Shown here: positions 19,614-28,074 of the stretch, in pieces | Layout of the letters: each line of letters starts with the position of its first letter | Numbering within the stretch: the first letter of the stretch is position 1 | Source of the DNA: an uncultured Desulfurococcales archaeon | GTDB lineage: Archaea > Thermoproteota > Thermoprotei_A > EX4484-217-1 | Length of the DNA: 64,000 nt | Reading direction: 5' to 3' | NCBI GenBank assembly: GCA_964526225.1 | Contig: CAZGLL010000002.1 | Span: forward strand, 1,248-65,247 | The notes under the pieces: generated by a model | Told to the model about the DNA's origin: nothing | The model's database searches: none | Seen by the model: the letters and a program-made list of their open reading frames with translations, nothing else | Program-made: the position numbers and the translations under genes

Positions 19614-19667
19614 ATGATGACAAAGGTAGCCTCAGATCGTTAAAATGAAGAACTTGACCGCTACTGA
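19614..19667 (+). ncRNA. C/D-box sRNA candidate
   Basis: ATGATGA (C) – 12 nt – CAGA (D') – 8 nt – ATGAAGA (C') – 12 nt – CTGA (D). The 54 nt are intergenic and overlap the stop of a minus-strand gene by 7 nt. Confidence 0.5.
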
Positions 19668-20170
19668 TTTCTCTCATGCTTTTTAACTTTCTCAATAATT
19701 TCATCAATAAAAGTGCTATAATAAGGTAGCATCGTTAATTCTATGAATATTTTCTTAGCAAGTAATCTTAGAATACTAATTTCCTTCTTAGAGAAAAGCT
19801 TACCTCTTCCTAACCCGTTACAGTTCTTCAAAGCCCATGGATGAACACTTAGTTCATTTTCAGAATAAGCGAAAGGGAAAAGCCTACAAACTAATGGTCT
19901 CAGAGAATAAATTGTACACATACCATCTTTCAAGAAAACACATTCTCCCGATGATTCCTTTCTCTTAAAGGTGTAATAGAATTCTAAACCAAAATATTTT
20001 CTAAGAGTGTTAGAAGAACGTTTTTTAACAACATTTAAAACTATATCGTATCTCCCCTTTTTAACCCATAACTCGATATCGCTTAGAACTATTGGGACAT
20101 CTAATTTACAGCATTTGCTGCATCTAATACATGAGAATCTTATGTTTTTTATTTCCCTCTTCTTTAGCAT
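19661..20170 (-). CDS. YkgJ-family cysteine-cluster protein (CxxCxxCC, UPF0153)
   Basis: 'CIRCSKCCK' N-terminal cluster plus later Cys residues, in 169 aa. Confidence 0.65.
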   Translation of the reverse strand: MLKKREIKNIRFSCIRCSKCCKLDVPIVLSDIELWVKKGRYDIVLNVVKKRSSNTLRKYFGLEFYYTFKRKESSGECVFLKDGMCTIYSLRPLVCRLFPFAYSENELSVHPWALKNCNGLGRGKLFSKKEISILRLLAKKIFIELTMLPYYSTFIDEIIEKVKKHERNQ

Positions 20171-20189
20171 ATCTATTATAAGAGATATA

Positions 20190-20792
20190 TTAAATGTTCC
20201 TTATTAGGTATTTTTCTAAATACTTAAAGTTTCTATCAGTTATTTCGGCAATAGCATTAATGCTAAAATCTAATGGAGGAGCCCTAACTAGGTCCACTCT
20301 TAACTTGTAGACGTTTCTACTTTTCTCGATAAACCATAATGTTTCTAAAAGGTTCAACCTATTTTCTTTCTTAAGAATATTATAGAATATTTGGCCATGC
20401 CATCTTCTAAGTCTACTTACTGACAGTGGAGTTTTAGTGTATAATAAGTTTTTAAATCTATTATTTAGCTTTTTAAAGTCAAGGTCTTTTTTCTCTCTAT
20501 TTGCCAGATAGTTTAATGAAACCCTATCTATTAATGCGAAAAGAGTGTCACCGGAAAGAGATAATGTGAAGTATACTGCAAGGTTTTCTCCTTCATAAAT
20601 TATTTTGTCCTGCGAAAATTCAACAACCACTTGTGCTGCGTGGTTCACAAAGAAACCGTTAAGGAGTAGGAGGTTCCACATTACCTTAAGCTCGGGTTCG
20701 TTAAGTTTTTCGAAAAACTCCTTAGCCACAAATACTTTTTGTTCTAATTGCAATTTCTTGGATACCTGCTTCTCTCTATTTTTGTTTAACAT
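20190..20792 (-). CDS. hypothetical protein
   Basis: 200-aa ORF lying 20 nt upstream of the ykgJ-like gene on the same strand. Confidence 0.45.
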   Translation of the reverse strand: MLNKNREKQVSKKLQLEQKVFVAKEFFEKLNEPELKVMWNLLLLNGFFVNHAAQVVVEFSQDKIIYEGENLAVYFTLSLSGDTLFALIDRVSLNYLANREKKDLDFKKLNNRFKNLLYTKTPLSVSRLRRWHGQIFYNILKKENRLNLLETLWFIEKSRNVYKLRVDLVRAPPLDFSINAIAEITDRNFKYLEKYLIRNI

Positions 20793-20976
20793 TAATGTTA
20801 GATAAATGTTTTATAACCTTATCGTAAAACAGCATGCTGAACCATATAAGACCATAGCGGAAAAGCCAAATCACCTTATTAAGTTAGGGAAAAATTCCGA
20901 TTAACCAGCTTAGATTGTATGAAGGATAACCTTAATAATTCCGTATCATACTTACTACAGAACAGTTGGTTCAGTC

Positions 20977-21753
20977 ATGAACTATGCTAAAATGTTCACA
21001 TTAGCTCTAATATTGTTAGCTACGGTTTCGGCATATGTAGCCTACATAATGTTCTCGCATGAAAGTGTAAGAACTCAAACAAACGTAAAAACGTTACAAT
21101 CCACTAACAGAACAATAAGTATTGTTGCCTCTAAAACTTATGCTCAAGAATATAGGGCTTTAGATAAGAATAACTTCTATATTTTATGCTCAACAAAGGG
21201 CGGTTCATACTATGGAAAACTCGTTCTAAGAATAACTCCTCCTCTCAAAAAAGAAGACTACATAGTTGTAAATGTTAATTCAAATATAGGGACAGTTAGT
21301 TTAACGTTAGCCTATTCCAAAGAAGTCTTTGATGTTAAAACAGGTGTTTCATTATATCCTAATTGGCTAAATATTCAAGTAGCAAACTATTTGAACAATA
21401 CATACAGGCTAACTGTAGCTAACGAAACACCTCCAATAAAGCCTTTAAACATGGTTTTTAACATGTCACGCTATAGTGTTACAATAGTGAATCTTGAAAC
21501 CGGAGAGAAGCTTACACTATACACCAACATTAACAAGACATTAGAGAAGTACGCGAATAGATCAGACATAATAAACTTAGGTTATGAAAGCTTAGTTGAA
21601 GTTTATGGAGACACATTTGCCGCTTACTTAACTGTTTCTAACACTATAGAGCCTGTGCCATTAGTAGACACACTGCAAATAGAACTAGCTTACCCTAAAG
21701 AATGGCTTAATCAAACACCTTGGATAAAGGCTAGTATTGAAGAAGTAAGTTAA
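20977..21753 (+). CDS. secreted/membrane-anchored hypothetical protein
   Basis: N-terminal signal/TM 'MFTLALILLATVSAYVAYIM', rich in Asn, Thr and Tyr, 258 aa. Confidence 0.55.
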   Translation: MNYAKMFTLALILLATVSAYVAYIMFSHESVRTQTNVKTLQSTNRTISIVASKTYAQEYRALDKNNFYILCSTKGGSYYGKLVLRITPPLKKEDYIVVNVNSNIGTVSLTLAYSKEVFDVKTGVSLYPNWLNIQVANYLNNTYRLTVANETPPIKPLNMVFNMSRYSVTIVNLETGEKLTLYTNINKTLEKYANRSDIINLGYESLVEVYGDTFAAYLTVSNTIEPVPLVDTLQIELAYPKEWLNQTPWIKASIEEVS

Positions 21754-21756
21754 TAA

Positions 21757-22419
21757 CTACGTAATTCCACAAGCTATAATTCTTCCCATTTTGTAAAAGT
21801 AATGTAAGATATAACCGTTACTAATATGTTCTTCAGCAAAATATATGAAGAGGTTACCTAATGGAGTAGCTAGAATACCGACCATTCTCATAATTGATGT
21901 TTCAAAAACCTCTTCAGATTCTCCTTCAATAATTATTGAAACTTCACCATTAATTTCTTTCGCATGTTCCTTCGCCTTAACTATTCTCTCAACATTATTT
22001 CTAACTCCCTTACTGTATAGCTCTATTTCTTCTTCGCTTACACCTAGTTTCTTAATAACGTTAGTAAACCATTCAACTCTAGCTTTTCCCGAAACCCTAC
22101 TATGTTCATGGCTGTAAACAACCTTTCCGGGAACCTCTATCTCTCCAAGATATAGTATTTCCCTAATTGATTCATAGTAGTTTTCCTTAAGGGTTCTAAC
22201 AAGCCTTATGAGAATACTGTTTGAAAGAATCTGAGCATCAATGTACGCTTCCCTCGGTTTACCTAGCCGTTTGATTTTAACGTTAACTTCGCCTTCAATT
22301 TCATTAGCAACATAGTATGCTTCAATAAGAACATTCTTTCTAGCTAAAACTTCATTCTCAAGGCCCTGTTTATCTAAACGGTAACCCCTAATTTCATCAA
22401 CAAACCATTCCAAAGCCAT
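21757..22419 (-). CDS. hypothetical protein
   Basis: 220-aa acidic/helical ORF. No motif recognised. Confidence 0.45.
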   Translation of the reverse strand: MALEWFVDEIRGYRLDKQGLENEVLARKNVLIEAYYVANEIEGEVNVKIKRLGKPREAYIDAQILSNSILIRLVRTLKENYYESIREILYLGEIEVPGKVVYSHEHSRVSGKARVEWFTNVIKKLGVSEEEIELYSKGVRNNVERIVKAKEHAKEINGEVSIIIEGESEEVFETSIMRMVGILATPLGNLFIYFAEEHISNGYILHYFYKMGRIIACGIT

Positions 22420-22489
22420 CGTTCCTTAGTGGATTATTTCGGTTAAGATACAAATAAAAATTTGGTTTTTCAAAATATACAGTTGTAGA

Positions 22490-22545
22490 ATGATGAGACC
22501 GCCAGTGACTAAGAACGAAAAATATGCGGAAGAACCCTGCTCTGA
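22490..22545 (+). ncRNA. C/D-box sRNA candidate (weak C')
   Basis: ATGATGA – 12 nt – CTAA – … – 12 nt – CTGA in a 390-nt intergenic region. It explains the spurious 'MM…' ORF at 22490. Confidence 0.3.
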
Positions 22546-22812
22546 CATAATTACTTTTCTCCAAATATTTATAAAGCAGTTTAAAAAGAATCCTTTTAAA
22601 CCACATGACCCATTTAAAAATTCTTCCTATGGTATTACCTTCTTCATTTTAGTTAATTGTCGAAACATCAACACATAAATACCTTAAAAAAGAAAGCCGG
22701 ACCTCATGGGGGAAAAGAACTTAACTAATAACTACCTTACATTACCACAAACCCCTACATGGCGCGGCTTAATTAGCGCTTAGGAAAGCTAGTTCAACAG
22801 CTCTCCTGATGG

Positions 22813-23073
22813 GTGCTAGTTTTGGTACAATTTACATGCCTATATAGGGTAAACGATGATGGAGACTGGGAAACTATAGTTACAATAGAGAATGGAAACA
22901 TAGACGTAAAAGAGCTTAGCAGAAGGTTTAGATCAGAATTTAGGGCAAGTGTAATTGTGAAGGAAAAAAACCTCATTATAGGGAAATATGTACTTGAACA
23001 TAAAGTAGCCAAGGTCATAAGGTCGCTATCTTCTAAAAGAAGGAAGAAAAGAAAAATAGAAAAAACAATATAA
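22813..23073 (+). CDS. small hypothetical protein with a highly basic C-terminal tail
   Basis: 86-aa ORF ending 'SSKRRKKRKIEKTI'. The start is uncertain. Confidence 0.3.
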   Translation: MLVLVQFTCLYRVNDDGDWETIVTIENGNIDVKELSRRFRSEFRASVIVKEKNLIIGKYVLEHKVAKVIRSLSSKRRKKRKIEKTI

Positions 23074-23105
23074 ACACTACTCCCCTTTTTTACAGCAGAA
23101 TATAA

Positions 23106-23164
23106 TGTGATGAAACCTGCAGGGTCCGAAGGAAGTAATAAATGTGGAATCCGTGTGTTGCTGA
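23106..23164 (+). ncRNA. C/D-box sRNA candidate (variant D'/C')
   Basis: TGTGATGA – 12 nt – CCGA … ATGTGGA – 12 nt – CTGA. The C box is identical to that of the strong sRNA at 56693–56747. Confidence 0.3.
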
Positions 23165-23334
23165 CATTAACTGAACAACATTTATATCCTATTAAGGCAC
23201 CCTTCGGGTCGTTGAAAGATTCTTAATTTTTACCTTAATAAATGTGGAAAAATTTAATAAATATGCAAAGATAAAACTTAATCCGCCAAGTGAAACGTCA
23301 ATGTTTTATTGAATAACTTTAATTAAAACATAAG

Positions 23335-23736
23335 GTGTCTAAGCTGAATGTAGAGGAGTTAAGAGAAGTTTTAGTAAATAAGCTATCAGGTAAGGGGTTT
23401 AGGATAAGAGAATCTCATAGGGTAAAAGGTTTTTCGGGAGTAATACATGAGTTTGACATTCTAGTAGAGGAAGATGATAAAAGATGTGCAATTAATCTCT
23501 GTAGAAATGAAGTAACAATCGAACTGATTAAAGCTATCGCATTATATATCGATACAAAAATCCCTCAAATCATGGTTTGTAAAGAATACAAAAAGGATCT
23601 TGACAAAATGGTTAGAGGATCTAATATTAAAGTATCTATAGTTCCCGCAGAAAACCTAGACATGGTTATCGAAAAAATTGTTGAATACCTTAGCAGTGCG
23701 CTAAATAGGGCAAAAATATTCCCTAGCAATGTATAA
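23335..23736 (+). CDS. hypothetical protein, possible PD-(D/E)xK nuclease-fold (Hjc/Mrr-like core)
   Basis: 133 aa. 'GFRIRE…HEFDILVEEDDK' resembles the Hjc-type arrangement. Confidence 0.4.
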   Translation: MSKLNVEELREVLVNKLSGKGFRIRESHRVKGFSGVIHEFDILVEEDDKRCAINLCRNEVTIELIKAIALYIDTKIPQIMVCKEYKKDLDKMVRGSNIKVSIVPAENLDMVIEKIVEYLSSALNRAKIFPSNV

Positions 23737-24159
23737 TGTAAGGTTCTATGAGTTCTCTCTAATTCCATATGTTCACCTAGTTATGTGAGAAGTGAAGACG
23801 CTTAAAACAATAAATAGATAGTGACCTTTAATACGTTAAAGTATTCTTAAGAGATCTCAGCTTATTCCATATATGTCCTTAATTCTTCAATTAACTTAGT
23901 TATTTTCCCCATGGACTTTAGATTTTCACTACGATCTCTAATAAGTTCATCTATAAGAATAAATTATTTTTCATTAAGTTCATCTTTTTACGACGCTTCT
24001 CTTCTTGGCACTAGATAGTAGGTAAAACGAATGCAACTGTTTTTCGGAAAGTAAGGAACAACTGGTAAAGAATTTAGTTAAATGTTAAGTAGGGGCTTAT
24101 TTTCAAAAATGTCATGCTTTAGAGAAAAATGTTTTTAACTTATAATGGATAAAGTAGTT

Positions 24160-24225
24160 ACAGGCGTTGCCCGAGGGATTAGACCGCCGAATGTGCGGAC
24201 GATGACCTCGGGTCTCCCGGCCTTC
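24160..24225. ncRNA. GC-rich structured element (nested hairpin), candidate small ncRNA or 5'-UTR structure
   Basis: GCCCGAGG (24169–76) pairs with CCTCGGGT (24206–13), and an inner hairpin CCGCC-gaatgt-GCGG lies between internal loops gattaga / acgatga. This ~65% GC island sits in AT-rich intergenic DNA. Confidence 0.35.
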
Positions 24226-24257
24226 AACATATTCTCTTTCTGTCTAAGGTGTGATTC

Positions 24258-24746
24258 GTGGTGGAATGTGTTATTTTCGATTTAGATGGTGTCGTTTTTG
24301 ATGTTTCTAAAAGGATTAACGCTGCTCTTGAAGAAGCTGGGGTAGAGAGCGTTGATGAATTAAGGTATAATCCTAAAGCTAAACGTAGATTTTGGGATGC
24401 TTTTCTATCGGCCAAGTACATGCATCTTGATATGCCAAGATATGATGTTATAAATAAAATGTGGGAGCTTAAACGTAAAGGGTATAAAATAATTATTTTG
24501 ACGGGTAGGGTTCTTGAAACGCAAGGTGATGAAACCATTATGCAGCTTAAGAAATACAATATACCATATGATGAAATATACTTTAGAAGGAAGCGTGATA
24601 AGAGGAAAGACTATGAGTATAAAGCATCCATTGTTATGTGGCTTAAACATTCAGGTTGTGAAATAGTTGAAATCCATGAGGATTCGGAGGAAGTAGCCAA
24701 TAGGCTAAAAGAATTGGTTCCTGAAGCGAAAATTATCCTCTACTAA
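24258..24746 (+). CDS. HAD-superfamily hydrolase
   Basis: 'IFDLDGVVFD' motif I, in 162 aa. Confidence 0.65.
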   Translation: MVECVIFDLDGVVFDVSKRINAALEEAGVESVDELRYNPKAKRRFWDAFLSAKYMHLDMPRYDVINKMWELKRKGYKIIILTGRVLETQGDETIMQLKKYNIPYDEIYFRRKRDKRKDYEYKASIVMWLKHSGCEIVEIHEDSEEVANRLKELVPEAKIILY

Positions 24747-24751
24747 GCTAA

Positions 24752-25540
24752 TCAAGGTGGTGGATAAAGCGGTTCATAAACGAATATTTTATGATAGCCC
24801 TCCTCAGGCCATTTTGAAGGCAAATACTCTGTGTTTCCTTCGAAAACTAAATATATTTCAGCATCTGCGTCAGGGAAATCAACCTTTTTGGCAACCCATG
24901 GTATTCTAAAATACCCTAAATCATCAGTATATCCGTAAGCTAATAAATCATCCCATACGCCATCATCGTAATCGTAAACTAAGATTCTAGCGTGAGGTAC
25001 TGGCACACCACTGCTTTTAGCGACAAGTCTACCCGTAATGAAAACTATGCTATTTCTTTTAGCCTTACTGGGTAATGAATCAACTATGAACATTGTTTCT
25101 TTCCTAGTCAAACCTATGTTTATAGTTATTGTTTCCGCTTTTACCTGCTTAATTAAGCCGTAAGCTAATTCCGCTTCAACACTGTACTTTACATTAACGC
25201 TTATGCACGGAGGCTTAGGAAATTCTACAGAAATTGTTCTTGTAGAATAGAAAAACAATTCTTTCAACCTTACTACTATGCTTTCATCGTACTTTCTCAT
25301 GTTATTGCATGTTATTTTAAACGCGAGTATGAGATTCCGGTAGATATAGGGGGTTTCATTTATTACAGTTACTTCCAACTTTACAACTTCTTCATCACCA
25401 ATAACATTTCTAAACTCGACATTAACCATGTTAAAAGCATATACTTCGTTAAATACTCTGAAAAGTACAGCAACAACTATAGTTATTGTTACTAAAGCCA
25501 ATTTCAACTTCATACTTTTTAACTTTAACGAAGGTTTCAT
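24752..25540 (-). CDS. secreted hypothetical protein
   Basis: N-terminal TM/signal 'LALVTITIVVAVLF', 262 aa. Confidence 0.5.
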   Translation of the reverse strand: MKPSLKLKSMKLKLALVTITIVVAVLFRVFNEVYAFNMVNVEFRNVIGDEEVVKLEVTVINETPYIYRNLILAFKITCNNMRKYDESIVVRLKELFFYSTRTISVEFPKPPCISVNVKYSVEAELAYGLIKQVKAETITINIGLTRKETMFIVDSLPSKAKRNSIVFITGRLVAKSSGVPVPHARILVYDYDDGVWDDLLAYGYTDDLGYFRIPWVAKKVDFPDADAEIYLVFEGNTEYLPSKWPEEGYHKIFVYEPLYPPP

Positions 25541-25885
25541 GAGACCCCCTTTAGTACCTCTAATACTCTAAGAAGCTTACCAGAGGTAATATAGGCTAAC
25601 CCGACCTTAAACTATACGTTCAAAAGAGTTCAGGTCTGAATGTTACTTTTAATCATTTTTAAACACTTTTTAATTACTTGAACCAGTTTTAACTCTAGGT
25701 ATTCCAATACCATTACGTACGCTGATGCTGTAAGTCCGTCCAGACCCTTATCCTTGGCTATTAGCTCTGCTAATTTACTCGATATGCTTATTCCAAGGTG
25801 TTAGAGTGTTTTGCACAATTTCCATAAAGTATTTCTTCTGATAATACTTTGTGAAAACGTTAACTGAACATATTTTCCCTGAAGG

Positions 25886-26437
25886 TTGAAAACCATGCTC
25901 ATGCATTGTCGCATTAGAGGTTTAGCAGGCTTAATTATACCGTTAATTTCAATAGCCATCTCAATAGCTTATTCTCCATGGTTCAACATTTTTAATAATG
26001 CGCTTAGTGACTTAGGAGATCCTTATAGAAGCGCTACAGCATTAATCTTTAACGCTGGATTAATTATTGGGGGATTGATGATTGTTGTTTTTGCATTAGT
26101 AGATGTTTTAAAATATAATGTTATTTTAGCATTAATTCTTGAAATTTTAGGTTCATTCCTTACTCTCATAGGCATTGTAAATGAGTCCTACGGATATATG
26201 CACTTCATAGTTTCAGCTATTTTCTTTATTTCAGTAGCGATACTGCTAGCTTATCTAGCTTTAATGCTAAAAACTGCTTTACCCCTAATCTCACTCACGA
26301 TAGCGGTCATTGTTTGGACAGTTTATTTCATATTTAGGGTTCCTAAGGGAGCAGCAATACCTGAGATAACATCAATAGCGCTTGCTTCTCCATGGTATTT
26401 AAAAACCATTAATATCTTATGTAAGAGAAATTTTTAG
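25886..26437 (+). CDS. polytopic membrane protein (hypothetical)
   Basis: 183 aa with 5–6 hydrophobic helices. Confidence 0.5.
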   Translation: MKTMLMHCRIRGLAGLIIPLISIAISIAYSPWFNIFNNALSDLGDPYRSATALIFNAGLIIGGLMIVVFALVDVLKYNVILALILEILGSFLTLIGIVNESYGYMHFIVSAIFFISVAILLAYLALMLKTALPLISLTIAVIVWTVYFIFRVPKGAAIPEITSIALASPWYLKTINILCKRNF

Positions 26438-26625
26438 AAGCAATTAACCAGTGACAATAATTTTTAAATTAAATGTTTAAATTTTACAAGAACTAGCTAT
26501 TAGCCTAACATAGCCAGTTAATTAGCCATTAGCTTCACTTCCTAACGCTTTCTCTAGAAGGCATTTTAGCATAGAAATATATACTCTAATTCTACCCGCC
26601 AAACCATGGGGAAAGGTGTACTATA

Positions 26626-27057
26626 TTGATACTTAAGAGAAGAGAAACCGAGAAGGTAATTGAAAAAGAAGCTGAGAGATTAAAAACAGCCATGGTTAAG
26701 ATTGAGTTAGCTAAAAACATTGTTAACTATGCTAGGAAGGGAAGCGATCCATTGCTTTTCGAATCAGCGTTAGTCGGCATACCTGCTTCTTTCAGGAACA
26801 TCGCAAACCTATATATTGACTCGGCTTTTAACGACATTGAAAAAGCAGTTAAAACTCTTAAGAAGGTAGAGAAGGAAATGGCTAAGAAGAAAGCTAATCA
26901 TACAAGAGAAAAAATACATATCATCGCAGTAGATCTTGAAACAACAACTCATGCTGAGGAAACACCTCAAACTATCACTTTGAAGCTTCAAAAAGCAATT
27001 ATGGAGCTTGAAAAAGTAGCTGAGGTTTTAAGAAGCAAGGTTGCAGCAAAAACATGA
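26626..27057 (+). CDS. small helical hypothetical protein, paralog A
   Basis: 143 aa and clearly homologous to the convergent neighbour. Shared features are the M(I/L)LKR N-terminus, AKNIV, and an 'S-A-L/F-x-G-x-P-x-S…Y(I/L)(D/S)S' block. Confidence 0.5.
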   Translation: MILKRRETEKVIEKEAERLKTAMVKIELAKNIVNYARKGSDPLLFESALVGIPASFRNIANLYIDSAFNDIEKAVKTLKKVEKEMAKKKANHTREKIHIIAVDLETTTHAEETPQTITLKLQKAIMELEKVAEVLRSKVAAKT

Positions 27058-27077
27058 ATCTTCATGCTTACAAGCAT

Positions 27078-27467
27078 TTATACACTTAAATTCCCTATTT
27101 CCCCCATTAAATCCCTAAGCTCTTTAATTACACTTTCAAGCCTACTTTCATATTCCTCTGCAACATTAGCATTTGCTAAATTCCTAAGATTATCAATGAT
27201 TTTAGCTAAGCTTACACTTCGCGTTCTCCTATAAATTTTCACGAGAATTTTCAAAGCCTTACTAACATCCCTCATTGACGAACTTAAATAAATCGAGGCC
27301 ATAGCGTGCGATGAAATAGGAAATCCGGAGAAGGCCGAAAGAACAAGTAACCTATCAACCTCCCCCTTCGACGATTCAACAATGTTCTTAGCCATTCTAA
27401 CCTTAGCTAAACTTCTCTCTAAAAGAGAAATAGCGTCTTCAAGGCTATGCTTCCTTTTTAACAACAT
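27078..27467 (-). CDS. small helical hypothetical protein, paralog B
   Basis: 129 aa and homologous to 26626–27057. The two stop codons are 20 nt apart and face each other. Confidence 0.5.
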   Translation of the reverse strand: MLLKRKHSLEDAISLLERSLAKVRMAKNIVESSKGEVDRLLVLSAFSGFPISSHAMASIYLSSSMRDVSKALKILVKIYRRTRSVSLAKIIDNLRNLANANVAEEYESRLESVIKELRDLMGEIGNLSV

Positions 27468-28074
27468 TTCAGTTGAAACACCCTAGTTACTTTAATCTCT
27501 AACCTTCCCTCTATTAATTCCTTCCTAAGAAGAAAAGATTATTCGCTTATTTGAGTTCCTGGAATGTTTGGAAATTGCAGTAGCACTTATACACACATCT
27601 GCATTATAAATTCTAAATGAAGAGATCTTAAACTCGCTAAAACTAATTCCAAAACTACGAACCATAATTAGCCAATAACACTTAAGGATTTTTACCTATA
27701 AGAACATGTTAAACAGCATCATGTTATAGAAGCTATAGAGAGCAAATAGTAATGTAGTGGAAGGCTCTATTGGAACGAAAACAAGCACTATAGCTCTTGG
27801 ATTCAAATAGTATTAGAACATCTCCTAGAGAAAGAAGCTGTAATTAGAAAAACAGAACATATTAGGCATTGATATTAGCTTCAATAAACGATCCATTAAC
27901 AAGCCTTCTATGTTCACTACATAAAGGTGACTTTTAACGATCATTATTAACGGAAACTGCTTATAGAAATTAGGGGGTTAGCTTGTAAGAACTATGAAGA
28001 AGTATTTGAAAAGCAATTGAGAAAACAGAGGGGATAGCGGAGAAAATGAGAGCTTTTCAGAGATAAAGGTAGAA

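Noticed and set aside
22490-22678. Six-frame ORFs in the 22420–22812 gap: 62 aa at 22490–22678 (+) and 69 aa at 22397–22606 (−).
   Set aside because: Both are low-complexity AT-rich reading frames. The plus-strand ORF begins at the ATGATGA C-box, and there are no recognisable motifs.
23116-23135. The sequence 'GGGUCCGAAGGAAG' resembles the conserved SRP RNA helix-8 motif (GGUCCGGAAGGAAGCAGC).
   Set aside because: The surrounding region is AT-rich and far too short or unstructured for a ~300-nt hyperthermophile SRP RNA. It lacks the 5' GGGG…CCCC closing stem, and the match misses a G.
24160-24225. A possible tRNA or tRNA fragment in the GC-rich island.
   Set aside because: There is no T-loop (GTTCRANYC) or D-loop signature on either strand, and the ~60-nt length is too short. 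It is kept only as a generic structured element.
25700-25830. Minus-strand 56-codon frame 'HLGISISSKLAELIAKDKGLDGLTASAYVMVLEYLELKLVQVIKKCLKMIKSNIQT' in the 25541–25885 gap.
   Set aside because: It has no start codon at its 5' end and is possibly a fragment of an HTH protein, but it cannot be supported as a gene.
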